A stretch of 63,491 nt of DNA, filler included, from Licmophora abbreviata (GCA_900291995.1; 8 parts of 8 records of this genome joined end to end with filler, not necessarily neighbours in it), one strand, 5' to 3'. Shown: positions 11,887 to 24,719, numbered from the whole stretch's first letter. The notes: generated from the letters alone by a model not told the origin. Translations and numbers: made by a program.

Positions 11887-12504
11887 ATGCCGAAAGCAAA
11901 GGGTAAGAAGTCAGTGGAGAGAAATCGCGGCAGAATTGTGTCTCTTACTGCGGAAATAAATTGACCCCTCCTGTATTTGAAACGCATCGCAACGACGGCG
12001 CGTGATGGTTTTCTCTTTTCTCAATCCTGTCAAGCAGTCCCATATCTGCGTGGAAACACGACGTTTGCTCACAGTGCTTGTCTGCTTTGCGTTATAGGAA
12101 AGGGCGGAAAGAATCGCCGAAGAGGAAAGGGCGATGGCGAAGAGTCAAAGCGCGAGCTTGAATTCAAAGAGGAGGGCCAGGAATATGCGCAGGTGGTGAG
12201 AATGCTGGGCAATGGACGATGCGAATGCTTTTGCTTTGATGGAGTGACTCGCCTGGGACACATTCGTGGCAAGATGCGTAAAAAGGTATGGATCACAGCG
12301 GGTGATATTGTCTTGGTGGGAAAGCGAGACTTTCAAGATGAAAAGGTGGACATTGTGCACAAGTACTCGGCGGATGAAGCGCGTAACTTGAAGCAGTATG
12401 GCGAACTTCCCGAGACGGCGCGTATTAACGAGACGGCAGTAGATATGGCTATGACGGCAGATGACGACGACAATGATATCGGTATCGACTTTGACGATAT
12501 CTAG
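11887..12504 (+). CDS. EIF1A: Translation initiation factor eIF1A. Exons 11887-11902, 12098-12504
   Basis: [50 protein letters not shown]-like acidic tail. Intron GTAAGA..TATAG. Confidence 0.97.
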
Positions 12505-13074
12505 AGACGTAAGACTGACAGTGGTGAAGCAAGCAATGGCTTTTCGTTGAGCTACTCTACGTGTGCACTGCAAGCTCGCATTTTCTATCACAGTGATGAG
12601 GACGACTCGTTTGGTGCGCCATGTAGTCGTAAGGATAGTCCGTAGGTTGCCATGACTCTTTACCTTTGACTTGCGCCGATTCTGTTTGAAGGATGCTGTG
12701 GTCTTCTCGCGATGCAACTAACGATGAAAGAAGGTCCATCCAGTTATCGAACATCGTAGCTGTGTGTGCATATGGGCTGCTGTCTATATATCGTCTTTGG
12801 CAGGCTGATTCAGTTGTAGCCCACGGCGGGTTGTGCGTCTTTTTCAGGCCTACGTGTTGTTTCGGGACGCTCTATAGGTTGGCCGGCCGACAGCACATAA
12901 CAAAAGAGACCTCGTACGACGAGCGGTATGGAGCGCGAAATCTGTGATCTTTCGAAACTCGAAAAAAACGCGACGACGTCTCTCATCGGCTCATAGATCA
13001 CACAGCCATCATCTTTGGACGGCAGGCCGCCCTTTCTTCATCCCAATCTCCGCTCTTTCTTACCTTTTGTTACC

Positions 13075-13674
13075 ATGGGAAAGAGAAATTCAGTGTCAAT
13101 GATGCTCATGAGCCGGTGGACAATTGTGGCTGCCGTTGGAATATGTGCCTCAATCATAGCGACGGCGCCAGGGACATCCTCCTTTGTTATTAGGCCTCAC
13201 CCCGCAGCACTATTGGTTGAATCGCATCCACGAGCTTCCTCTCCTCTTTCCATGTGTATTTGTATAGATTGCTCGCGAGTCACGAACTGTGCTGCCTATC
13301 ATTTTGTGGAAACCAAACACGAGCAACCGCACATGACCGACGATCCGACCTTTGAACCACGCGAAGGCAGTCCGACCATTCATGTCAATGTCCGGACGAT
13401 TCGGAACAGTGAGGACAGAGAACGCGAGATTCAGCGCATGTGGAGGGAACATGAGGGAGAAACAGAGCGTGCTCAGCAGCAGCAGCAGCAACAAGGGGAT
13501 GAGCAGGGCGAGACACCATTATTATTTGGAGAGACCACGTACGACTTATCACCCGTGACAACGTACGAGTACGATGTGGTCAAGTGTGAGGATTTTGTTC
13601 AAGATGTAGGCGCGTGGGTACGAAACATGCCTCAGGAAATACGAGACGCTAATCCAGACTTTGTGCCGACTTGA
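13075..13674 (+). CDS. ycf34: Nucleus-encoded, plastid-targeted Ycf34-family small Cys-rich protein
   Basis: MCICIDC..VTNC..YHFVETKHEQPH..FEP..PTIHVNVR..EYDVVKCEDF matches the Ycf34 pattern. It is preceded by a signal peptide ending TSS-F and a transit peptide. Confidence 0.85.
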   Translation: MGKRNSVSMMLMSRWTIVAAVGICASIIATAPGTSSFVIRPHPAALLVESHPRASSPLSMCICIDCSRVTNCAAYHFVETKHEQPHMTDDPTFEPREGSPTIHVNVRTIRNSEDREREIQRMWREHEGETERAQQQQQQQGDEQGETPLLFGETTYDLSPVTTYEYDVVKCEDFVQDVGAWVRNMPQEIRDANPDFVPT

Positions 13675-14091
13675 AAATGAATAGAATGTCGAAGCAAAAT
13701 AAGAGGCGGAATTTCCTGCATAGCTCCTACTAAACTTACACACGAAACGACATTCTTTTAGGTAGCTATGGCATTCTGCTTCTGACAAACAAGCATCGCA
13801 GCTCCTTCACGGCTATCAGAAGGTCGAAAGGCATCAGAACCTATACTTTCTTCTGAAAGATATCTTTGGGTTTATTGTTTTGTTTGCTTTTCATAGCGGG
13901 GATCAGGTCGAGTGAGTCGTTCTTACCTGTACGACGCGAACCGGGTGGGGGATCTCATCTTTCGTCACATCGCGTCGCCGTCCCAAGAACGACCAGACAA
14001 CAGCCCCCGTTGTGGGCGTTTCTTTTGCCCCGCTGCCGCGTTTCTAAGCAGCAGGGGACCATTTTCCCTCTGAGAATCTTGTAGAGTGACC

Positions 14092-16933
14092 ATGAATCGC
14101 TTTTCGCCGTCCCCTGGCCCCGCTACACAGCGAAGACAGCCCGTTTCGACCCCCCTCGGCAGTAGACGAAAAACATCATCCTTCAAGAACGCCTTGGTCA
14201 AGATCCCTGTGCCCTCTTGTTTGTTGGAAGGGGTTCATGTCCTGCGCGTCCTTGCCAATGGAAAAACAAGTAACTCCTTTCTTACCTTATCGCAGGACAA
14301 GTTTACGCTATACGTCACTTCGGAACGACGAGGACGAAGCGAGAATGCAGGAGGTGGCTGGTTTCGACGGACTGGCAAGCGGGATGTGACGGAGCGAGCA
14401 ATCGATGTGGGGGCCATTGATCGGATTCAACGAGGACAAGCCACCCATCAATTTGAACTAGCCAAGTACGTCCTGATCGACGACGGTGTGAATCTTCGCT
14501 GGGAGGTATGCGTCAACACAATAACTACGACTCACCTCTTACTCTTCCCTCTTTCCTACTCTTTGCTGTTGCGAACTTTATAGAAAACACAGTGGAGCAA
14601 AGTCCAGCTCAGCCTCGTCTCCGTCGTCGTCTCGCATGTCCACCTCATCCGTGGGTGACGATTCGACACTTCTCTTCGATCCTACAAGTTCATTCTCGAT
14701 TCTCTTTCGCGGAGAGCGCACATTGGACCTCATGATGGTAGATTCGGATCGCGATGTAGTAGTGGATGCGCTGAACCACGTTTTGCAGGCCTACAATGCG
14801 GCCAAAACCAAGGTGGCGAATGATGTGTTGTTGTTGCGTTATATTTGGCTCGATGTGGATAAAGACAAGACGAATACGGTCAATGAGAATGATCTTGGAA
14901 AAGTATTCGAGAGGATCAATTGCGGTATGCGCAAGCCGCAGCTACATCAGACCTACGAAAAGTTCGGCAAGACGATTGGTTTGGATCGGAGTCAGCGGAG
15001 AAAGGGACTGTCATTTGAACAGGCCTGTACGTTGCTGCACAAGATCAAACGTGATACCTGGATGGTCAAGCCGGTGAATGTCTTGTGGAACGAGCTATTC
15101 GGGGAAGTCATGAACAATGGCAAACCGCGAATGACTGTATCGGATCGGACGTTTCTCCAAAAGTTTCTCCACGAAAAACAGGGTGAAACAAATGCGACGT
15201 TGGGACAAGTGCAAAAGCTATTCCTCCGACTGCATCAATTGGAGATTGCGCATACTACAGATACTGTACACTTGACGGATCCGAGACGTATCGATAAAGA
15301 TCGCTTCGAGGCGTACTTGCTGGGACGCGAGAATGACGCGTTTGATCCGCTGAAGGAACGATTTGATCAGCGACTCATGACAAAACCCATTTCTGAATAT
15401 TGGATCAACACATCCCACAACACGTACCTCACAGGTGACCAGTTCACTTCTCACAGCAGTGTGGAAATGTACCTGAACTGTTTGCACCGGGGCTGTCGTT
15501 GTCTGGAGTTAGACTGCTGGGATGGCGAGTGGGTGTCGGAGAAGCCCGTCCCTGTAGTGTGGCATGGGTACGTCATATCGATCGGGTTGAGCTGTCGTAG
15601 AGCGTGCGTTTCGCTATGACTGACCTCTGTTTGCCTGTTTTCTAAAAAGCCACACCATGACAACCAAGATTCTGTTTGTCGACATTATCAAGGCTATCAA
15701 TGTCTATTTGAGTTTTAACCCGTCTGTGTTTCCGATTGTACTTTCATTTGAGAATCACTGCAGCATACCCTTTCAACAGATGATGGCTCAGAACTTGGTT
15801 AAGATACTGGGTGGACGACTCTACATCCCGACGGAGGCGTCTCTGGTTGGTCGATTGCCATCACCGCAGGAGTAAGTCTTCTTTTATGTATGCATTGTAT
15901 GTTTGTTGTGGGGGACAGCTTCATCGTTAAATTTGCCCATTTTGCTCTGCCGTGATGCAGTCTTCGGGGGATGATCATCATCAAAGGAAGAAGACCCGAC
16001 GGGACAGTCAGCACGGATCCCGACGATACAGACGACGATACCGACGACGAAGGACAGCAGAAAACTGAAGATGAAAAGCCTCATCCAATTCAGAAACAGC
16101 GCATCGCACCCGAGCTGGCCAGGCTGACCTTGTTTCACGGAACAAAACATAAGGACTGGGATACCAGCATTGTAAACCCTACGCATCACATGCATTCCTT
16201 CGTCGAGTCGAAAGTGAGGAGCATATGCAGACAAAAGAAAGCCCGAATGTGGACGATTTACAACCAGTCACATATGACTCGAACGTTCCCCGCCGGATCA
16301 CGAGTTGACTCGTCCAACTACAACCCGCTCCTCGCATGGTCTACAGGTTGTCAGCTGGTGGCACTGAACTTCCAGACGCCCGATCCCCTCATGCGGCTGA
16401 ACGATGGACGCTTTCGAGAGAACGGTGACTGTGGCTATGTTCTGAAGCCTTCGGCACTCATGGTAAAGGATGACTTTACCGCGTCTATACCGGTACTGCT
16501 GGCGGTCCGGGTTCTAAGTGGGTACTGTCTTCCCAAACCCAAGGACGCGAAAACTGGCGAGTGTATCGATCCGTACGTCAAAGTCTCGGTGTTCGACGTC
16601 AAGAATGAGGACCGGGAGACATGCACAGCGTTTTCGACCAACGCCGTGCCAAGCAATGGCTTTTTCCCGATTTGGAACGCAGACCGGTTTCTTTTCACGG
16701 TAGAGAACGGGGTGGTTGCTATGTTGCAGTTGTCTGTATACCACAAGGACTCTGGTGTTGGAGTGACGTCAAAGGATGAATTCATTGCAAGCGCGTCGGT
16801 TCCTGTGTCCTGTCTTCGCCAGGGATATCGAAGCGTGCAACTTTTCGACGCAAAGAATACTCGGAGCGGAGCTTTCGATTTTGCATCTCTGTTGATCGAC
16901 ATCGATATGAGGCGTGTTGTAGCCGAAATTTAA
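14092..16933 (+). CDS. PLC: Phosphoinositide phospholipase C (PH, EF-like, X, Y, C2), about 850 aa. Exons 14092-14465, 14584-15567, 15650-15871, 15961-16933
   Basis: X box YWINTSHNTYLTGDQ, CRCLELDCWDG, VVWHGHT, LSFENHCS. Y box RVDSSNYNP..GCQLVALNFQT..GYVLKP, then a C2 domain. All three introns are GT-AG and frame-consistent. Confidence 0.95.
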
Positions 16934-16964
16934 AGTAGGCTCTCTGCTATTGCTTTTACTTGAT

Positions 16965-19076
16965 TTAGTACCGACGCAAGCCACATGCCTTGTCGGAGCT
17001 CTTCTTTTTCTTTCCTCGTCGCTCTCGGCCATGTTTGGATGCGTTCGGGTTGCGTCTACCAAAGCCGACGTTCAGATCGCCGTCCTTTATCAATTTTGCG
17101 TTGCATCCCACGTTGCTCGCAAGGTCACTGCCAAAAATTGATTCAGCTGCCCGTCTTGATTTACCACCGGAACGCTGCTTTACCTTTTGGTTCCAAGCTC
17201 CCATAAGAAGCTGGTCCTCGCGCAGCAGGAGGTCGCCCTGGAAGCGATTTCCGGACCCAGGCTTTGGCAACGAAAATTTCGTGCCCCGTAGGTTGGTTTT
17301 ATGCTTTCTCGAGAGATGAAGGCGAAGTCGTCCTGTTTTGCCATCCACGCTTGCCGCAATGCGCTGGAGATAGTCGCTGCCGCATCGACCACAGAACATG
17401 CGCTTAGTGTTGAACGGGCCGGAATCGTTGCCATCAGCGTACACTGTGTAGCAACTTCCGCATCGGGTCACCCACGATTTCAGTCGCTTGATCTGGATTC
17501 CGTCAACCGATATAAGCTCCAGATTCATTTGCAAGATAATATTCTGCATTGCAAAGTCGGTAGTTGTGCATGCCGTGCGTTTCTCAATAGGAGGCCCCAA
17601 TTCTTCATTGGGAGTCTTGACTGTCTGCCCTGCATCTTGCGTGGGTTCGATCTTTCCACCAGCTTTCATTCTTCTGATATCCCTCGTGCATGTCACCCAT
17701 CCTTCTCCATCATCTTCTACCTCCGTCCCTTGTCCTGACATTGTGGTTCCGCCGATGATGCGTGACTGTCCTTCATTCCACGCGTCGGTTTCGTAGATCG
17801 TATCAACGCCCGCGCGTGCAGCAGTCTCCTCAGTTGGGACAGATGACTCGCCCGAGTTTACATCAACTTTCTGTCTCACCGCAGGCTCTGGGTTCATGAT
17901 GTCTCGGTATTTGCGGAAGGAGTTGTATAACTTGCCCGACTTGGTAACGGGTCGAAGCGCTTCCTTTCTCTTCGCTTCTGCTTCTTCCTTAGTCATTCCT
18001 GCAATACCAACAATATGCGCTGCGTCTCTCTCTTCAGCGTCAAAATCGTCGCAAGGCACATGCAGCGACGCCATGAGGCTTGGAAATTCGGAATTCAGCT
18101 CAGCTTCTTCTGTAGTTTCCGTTAGCACAGCGCGTTTTCGCTCCTCCACCTCGTCCGGGTCCAGAATGTATACATCGCACTCCTCATCGCTGATTTCATC
18201 GTTGTTGTCCGCATATCCCTCATCATCCGAGGCTTGAGACCCGCAAGGCTCGAGATCATCTTCATCCGCATCGTTGAACTGCCCTTTCAAGCTTTCTTCG
18301 GGATCATGTGCTCGTTGCGACAGAATCATAGCGCCGAAACATGAGCTGAGCGCTGGGTTGACTTCGTTTGGTTGCGTTGACACTGCCGCGACCCGATCAA
18401 CGGAGACTTCACTCGCTACAGAGGCATTAACACGCATTGCCCAGCTCGATGGAGATTCTCGAGGCTGACTTGGAGTTTCGCCTGCCATCGCCTCGACGGG
18501 CGCGGATTCGGGATCGAAGAATGAGGGCTCAGTGTACTCATCGATGTCATCCTCCGATGCTTCTTCTGCTTCTGGTCTTTCGCGCGCCCCCACCGTTTTC
18601 GAGTCTTCAACTGTTCGCATAGTCTGGATCTTGCCGACACCAACTGTCCTTTTCGGTACCTTGCGGACATGGTGCATGTCTCCGTTGCAGCCTTCTCGCT
18701 CCAAATCCCACAACAACCCCAGAACCTGCAGATCCACCGCACTCAGGCTTCGATAGTCACCGGTCTGACGAGCAAAGTCTACGACAGCCTGAATGCCTTC
18801 CGGACTGGCCTCGCGAGGAATGAGCTCAAAGGGTAGATTCTCCAGATGATCACGAGCCTTGGCATCGCGAATTTCTTTCAACACTGCGGGTACAGTGAAA
18901 TACTGCTTGGCCTTGTCGCGCAACGACGACAAGCCCGTCAACCGAATGATGGGACCCGAATCGACCACAAGGGCGCGATAGACATCTTCTCTTCCATTCT
19001 GCTGGCCATCCGGTGGGCTGTTTGGACGAACCGACATGGTAACAAGGTCTTTGTGCGGGCGCGGCGGTCCTTGCAT
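16965..19076 (-). CDS. NOB1: 20S pre-rRNA D-site endonuclease NOB1 (PIN domain plus Zn ribbon)
   Basis: LVVDSGPII..EIRD..TGDYRSLSAVDLQV, DDGEGWVT, TTDFAMQNIILQM, RCGSC..FCGRCG, RGTKFSLPKP..LLLREDQ. Confidence 0.95.
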   Translation of the reverse strand: MQGPPRPHKDLVTMSVRPNSPPDGQQNGREDVYRALVVDSGPIIRLTGLSSLRDKAKQYFTVPAVLKEIRDAKARDHLENLPFELIPREASPEGIQAVVDFARQTGDYRSLSAVDLQVLGLLWDLEREGCNGDMHHVRKVPKRTVGVGKIQTMRTVEDSKTVGARERPEAEEASEDDIDEYTEPSFFDPESAPVEAMAGETPSQPRESPSSWAMRVNASVASEVSVDRVAAVSTQPNEVNPALSSCFGAMILSQRAHDPEESLKGQFNDADEDDLEPCGSQASDDEGYADNNDEISDEECDVYILDPDEVEERKRAVLTETTEEAELNSEFPSLMASLHVPCDDFDAEERDAAHIVGIAGMTKEEAEAKRKEALRPVTKSGKLYNSFRKYRDIMNPEPAVRQKVDVNSGESSVPTEETAARAGVDTIYETDAWNEGQSRIIGGTTMSGQGTEVEDDGEGWVTCTRDIRRMKAGGKIEPTQDAGQTVKTPNEELGPPIEKRTACTTTDFAMQNIILQMNLELISVDGIQIKRLKSWVTRCGSCYTVYADGNDSGPFNTKRMFCGRCGSDYLQRIAASVDGKTGRLRLHLSRKHKTNLRGTKFSLPKPGSGNRFQGDLLLREDQLLMGAWNQKVKQRSGGKSRRAAESIFGSDLASNVGCNAKLIKDGDLNVGFGRRNPNASKHGRERRGKKKKSSDKACGLRRY

Positions 19077-19252
19077 TGACGATGTGAAGGTGTTGTAAAT
19101 TTGTAAATTTCCCTCATATCAGTTCTCAAAAAATTTGATCGCGACCGCGTGAAATTGGATGGCTGTCGCGTGATAAATTGTATGACGCGCGCACGCACGA
19201 AACCAACGTTGAAACTCCTTCAATATGCGAGCAGAGGCCAGACCCGAGACCA

Positions 19253-19352
19253 NNNNNNNNNNNNNNNNNNNNNNNNNNNNNNNNNNNNNNNNNNNNTTAA
19301 TTAATTAANNNNNNNNNNNNNNNNNNNNNNNNNNNNNNNNNNNNNNNNNNNN
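19253..19352. other. Artificial scaffold spacer N44-TTAATTAATTAA-N44
   Basis: Fixed 100-bp unit with stop codons in all six frames, identical at seven places in the window. Confidence 0.97.
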
Positions 19353-19524
19353 CCCCTGACGAACGATGCCGTCATTTTTCACCGGTACGCAAATGAAAGT
19401 GCCTACCGGAACCGGAATACATACCGCTACGGAAAAGATACGCACTATGACAACACTATACCAGACTCAGGAATGTATTCTTAACATTAGCTGCATATTA
19501 TAGCTAGCAACTACTCCGTGATTT

Positions 19525-20456
19525 TCAAGTTGGCGAGGCGATATCTCGTTCCTTTTTCAGCGGGCGACCAAGTCGACGAATTCTGTCTCGCATGTTGCCG
19601 CCACGCTTCTGTTTTCGTTCAGCGCGATTCTTGGAACCTTTTTCCGGGAGGTCCCAGTTCATGAATCCTCGACATTGCGATGATCCGCAGTTACACGAGA
19701 TCCTCTGGTCCAAGTCAAGTTCAAGAGGGAACTGATAGTCATATGTCAACTCTTCTCTCGCTTCGATGTCCCCCTGCGCGACAATCATGACACGCTTGAA
19801 ACGGAGATTCGGTGGTTTCCCATCTACAATCGTGGCAGTACAGTTCGGGCTGCAGCTGTGGTTAATATAGCGCCCATGACCACCCTGCTTGGTGGCGTCG
19901 ATAACAAGGCCTCCGTCCACTCGAAACTGATAGTCCTGAATTCTTTGCTCTTGATACAACTTCTCACGGGCATCGGCCGCCGCGTTCGTGATGTACTCGC
20001 CCACATACTCGGCAACAACATCGCCCTTCTTAAAAGGCCGGTCTGCAAAGAGGCCCCACCCATGCACACCACTCCCACGAATACTAACAGCGACTTCATC
20101 GATAGGTTCAAGCCCGGAGTCGTTTCTTTCTGCTTCTTTCTGTTGCGCCGCGACACGTTCGCGGTTATGCGAGCTGGCCAGACCCGTACTCAAGTGAAGG
20201 CGAGATGCAGCCACTCGAGGGATCGAATCAGAATCTTGCTTCCTTCGGTTCCTTCCCCAGCGAAAGGTATCCGAGGTTACCTTCGCTTCATATTCAGATC
20301 GAATTCCGTCGCATCGAACACTGCCACTCTCAGAAGTAATGCGACCTTCCACACGACGGCTCTGAACACGACGTAGCAGACGAACAATCTGCTCTTCTCT
20401 CCACACAGCAAAATCCTTGAGCTGAACAGGGCATGTCGCATCCGCAACATGGCGAT
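19525..20456 (-). CDS. C-terminal SET and post-SET domain of a SET1/trithorax-like histone lysine methyltransferase (probably the 3' part of the gene at 20557-24265)
   Basis: SGVHGWGLFA..VAEYVGE..VIDAT..RYINHSCSPNC..EELTYDY..CNCGSSQCRG. The frame is open up to the gap. Confidence 0.9.
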
Positions 20457-20556
20457 NNNNNNNNNNNNNNNNNNNNNNNNNNNNNNNNNNNNNNNNNNNN
20501 TTAATTAATTAANNNNNNNNNNNNNNNNNNNNNNNNNNNNNNNNNNNNNNNNNNNN
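20457..20556. other. Artificial scaffold spacer
   Basis: N44-TTAATTAATTAA-N44. Confidence 0.97.
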
Positions 20557-23500
20557 GATCAACGCTACGTCTGAGGGCTTCATCGTCTTCAGGGCTTCGC
20601 TTGACTGCAGCGTTCTGACTTCCACCGGAGTCAGGGTACGACGCCAGCGATGCCTCAGCCGCTGCGGCTGCGCGTCGAATGGCGAGACTACCGTAGTAAG
20701 CCGTCTCATTTTCCTTAGTACGAATGAAATCAGACGCAACTTCGTGTCGGGCCCAGTCTCCGCTGTTTAACATATCCACTGCCTCTGGCCACGTAGTTCG
20801 CAGCTCCTCGAACGGATCTTCTTGACCATGCACACCGATCGACTCGTCCTCGCCCATCGACGGACTTCGTCGTGTCGCCGTGGCTCGCCTCCAGAACTTC
20901 TCGTGGGCATTCTTGATTGCCCCCATCCACTCTACGGCTCGTTTCTGCATGACTTCAAGTACTTCAAGCAGGTCCCTGGAAGTTTTCGCGTAGATTGAAC
21001 CTGGGTCGTTAAATGATAACGCGTTGGTGCACAGAAGCCGCACGTCAGACCCAAAGGACACAAGCGACCGGTACTTGTTACGAAGGACCCTAGAACGAAT
21101 CTTGCCAAAATCGATCGGATTCTGCACAATTTTGTCGTAGTCTTCCACATTGGAAACAGGCTCGGCGAACAGCTCCAGGGGGTCGCGTCTCAATAGAGCC
21201 AGAAGAATCCCTGGCATAGCGATCGACAAACATCTTCGATGAAGCTCATCCGCTTCTTCCTTGTGGCGTTGAACGAGCTCTTGGCGGTCTGGCGAAGCTT
21301 CAGTTTCCCCTTCGCTCGCAATACTCGCGGCAGCCTTCAAACGCGCACTACGATGCCTCCTTCCACCAGATAGGGCTACTTCGATTTCCTGGTCCACGTT
21401 TGGCTGGGCGGGAACAATTACCAATCCGTCGGTCGTGTTATCGTCGGCAGTGTTCGAAGAAACATCCTCCATAGTGACTTCCACATCGTCCGAGGCACTG
21501 CCTTCGTCTGTCAGAGAAACTTCTTCCGGAGAAGATGAGATGCTGCACTCATCCTCGTCGCTGAAATAATCTGAGACAGGCGTCTCGCTGATTCTAGGAG
21601 CAGGCATCTCTTCGGGTTGTAGGACAGCGCTAGGGGACCATCGCATTCCAATAATAGCATTGCTGATAGCCTTGTCTCCTTCGGGCTGGGCATCAAAATT
21701 ACTATCCTTGACGGTAAGACGCCCAAGCATGGTTGTCTGTACTCTGAGGAGACCTGCTTTCGCTTCGTTTCTGCGGAGACGGTGACCACGACTTGTTGGA
21801 CTGCTAGTGTTTTCGGGGGCTAGCTTTGACGTGTTGATCACAAGCTGCGCACGGCGACAGGGGATGCATCCACTATTTGACTTTATCACTGTGCGGCAAC
21901 GACCGCACTTCTTGAGTTCTTCAGCGGCGGAAGGATCATTGTCCATCTTTTGGACTCTTGTTGGTAGCTTGCCCCGCGAAAGCATCGGTCGCTTTGGTTG
22001 ATCAAACGAACCAGAAGCGGGGCGGGGTGGTATCGGGACCTTCATTGCAAGGGCCTCTTCGATGAAGGAAACAGTGTCGTCTGCACGACTGCTTGGATAG
22101 GAGAGGCTGAAGCTAGGAATGGGCGGCATCCGCTTCGCTTCGACTGTCTCATGCTTCTCTCTTACTGTGAAAAGGGCGCTTGCAGTTTCTTGGCGCTTGA
22201 TTGGATGCTGAGACTGGGGACGTATGCCAGCCCCAACGCGTGTCGCAAGCAAGGAGCTCAGAGGTGGCTGAAGTCTAGCTCGGCTTTCAACCGCTGGCAG
22301 CCGTCGCTTCAGAATCGGACAGAAATGATTCCACCCTCTCGAACACCCTAGGCATTCGTCCCCGACACATGTAGAAACTGGTCCATGAACGTCGAAGTAA
22401 GGGATTGTCATTTTGCTATGATGCGTGAGGCCTGGCTCAGCCTCAGAGCGGGTCGCACTAAACATAGGCTCGGGGTGAAATCGCATGTCTTGAAGCAGCT
22501 CAAGAAGGATCCTGTTGTTGCTAATTCCTGGCTCTGGGACAAACGGCTTCGATCCCACCGAAGTGTTAACAAAAAGGCGCTTGTAGTTCTGGTAGGTAAT
22601 GTTCTCATCCTCCATGGTTGGCTGATACTCGTCCTCTCCTGCGATAACACCCTCGTTCGTGTTATCGACGACATCTTCACCAGACGCCCCGTTTATCATC
22701 TCATGGACATTCTTCTCTTCTTTCCACTCAATAATTCGTTTCTCATAGTCCCTCATCGACATGCTTATGTAGCGCCTATGGTCACTGGGACGTAACCGTG
22801 TCCACCAAATTGCACCCTCACGAGCAACGAGCTCATTGCGCTCGTGGCCTTTCGACATGCGATTGAAGTATCGATGCTTTCGAGAGAGCATTCGTTCAAT
22901 CTTGAAGCGATTCTCAGCAACGAAGAAGAAGAATGCCGGGGTTGCTTTAACAGGACCTCTCGATGCGGTGAAAAGACGAGAAGGAACAATGCCTTCGACC
23001 GACTCGTTTGTTGGCGATCTCGAAAGACTCGTCGCAGACTCATTCCCGACGCTGTCTCGCCGCTTCTTCTTCTTGCGCCGTTGACTCATCTTGGCCTTCT
23101 TGCGACTGTTGGATGCATGTGGGATCCCTGGAGCTCGAAGGGCCGTCCGCTTGCGCTTCGCTCCCACACCAAAAGTTGATGTCTCTTCGTCGTCAGCTGC
23201 GTCTTCAGATTCGTTGGCCTCGAGAGACGCGGTGTCCATCGACTGTGTCCGACGTCGACGTGACCTCTCGGGTCGCGTGGGCTCAATGTTCGGTGACAGC
23301 TCGTCATCTATTTGGGAGGCCTCGTCCATTTCCTGTTCTTCCAAGTTGACCACTTCCTCTGCACGACAGTTTGAGCAGAGGGCGCCGTTTTCCTCTTCGG
23401 CATCTTCTTCGTCGTCACCCGTGCGGCAAGAAGGGCGATGAAGGTAGTTGCTGCATCCTCCTTCACAGGGGACCATGGGAGTTTGGCCTCCTGACTGCTG

Positions 23501-24265
23501 ACATTCAATACATTTGCGCTTACTAGATCGCTGCGATCGGTGATGTTCATCAACAGATGGAGCTTCTCTATTAGTTTTCGCCTTCTCCAGACAAGTCGGA
23601 CAGAACCACGGGTCTTCATCGTTGTCGAGAGCGTCCCGCGATGGCGTACCGTTCGGGATGCACTTGGGATGAAACACGAGGGGACATCCGTCGCAACATA
23701 CAATATCACCGAAATCACCGCATACGTGACAGGTGTACAAGTTGCCATCGTTTCCTAGCCCGACCCCGCTTTGCCGATTAGCAGGGCGCCCGCCAAAAGG
23801 AGCATTTTCGACCACAAGGCTAATCGAGACCAAGCTGCCGTCCTCCATGAGAGCTTGCAATCCGCCGGCGACGGCTTTTCCTGCGGTAGCCTTATTGGTG
23901 CCCATCTCCTGACTATCTCCCTCCCCTCCACTCGTCGCCGACGTTTCAACGTCCATTGCAACTGGTTGACCTTCAGTATCTTCTTCCATCTCGTCGTCCG
24001 ATGCCCCAGCTGACTCGGATCGGGACTCATCCTGGTTCGAGCGATTCGTAGCATCATCGTTAATTATCTTCTCATCTTTTGACTCCGATCGTGCTCGAGT
24101 CGGCAAGGCCCTCCCACGATCCAGAGGAAGTTCCTGTCCTCTTCTAAGAGAGTTTCCATTGCCACTCGTGAGTGGCTTAATATCGCTTTCAGAGGCGATA
24201 ATCTCAGACTTGTTTTCGGGATCTTCTTTTTCGATCGCCTTTTTGCCGCTTTTAGATGATTCCAT
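20557..24265 (-). CDS. Chromatin protein with two PHD fingers, an HMG-box-like domain, a Cys-rich region and a bromodomain; 3'-truncated by the gap
   Basis: PHD CHVC..CCDGC..FHPKC..WFCPTC and second finger CIEC..CEGGC..HRPSC..CSNC. HMG-like PAFFFFVAENR..WW..Y. Bromodomain LFAEPV..DYDKIVQNPIDFGKI..Y..DVRLLCTNALSFN. Confidence 0.88.
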
Positions 24266-24719
24266 TCTTGCAGATTTTTCGTAAGGAAGACTCCAGTATG
24301 GTGTAATGTGGGAGCAATAACAATCGCAAGTCAACAGCACCCACGACCTTCTCGCTGCTTTGCTGCCTCAAAAAGTGAGGAGGGTCGGGACGTGTTGAGC
24401 ACAGAGTCGGCAAAATTTTTGTGATTCGCTATGATCGCCTTCAAGCCATAACTAAAACTATCGACGAGGATAGAGCTTAGCCAATCAAAACGTGGATTGC
24501 GCAAGCGGGTTAGCTCAGCCTCGCGAGCTCGAAAAAGCGTGCGACGGCGAGACGACAAGATTGAAGATGGACGGCGATGACGATAAGCGCACTCTCATTC
24601 GTCGTCGTCACCAGAGTAGCTCTTCATTCATCACCTTCCACTCCGTTTCATCAATCCACCCTCCAGATACTCCCGACCTGACTTCTCGAACAGTCAGGGA
24701 CTAGAAAGCGATTGAAAGA

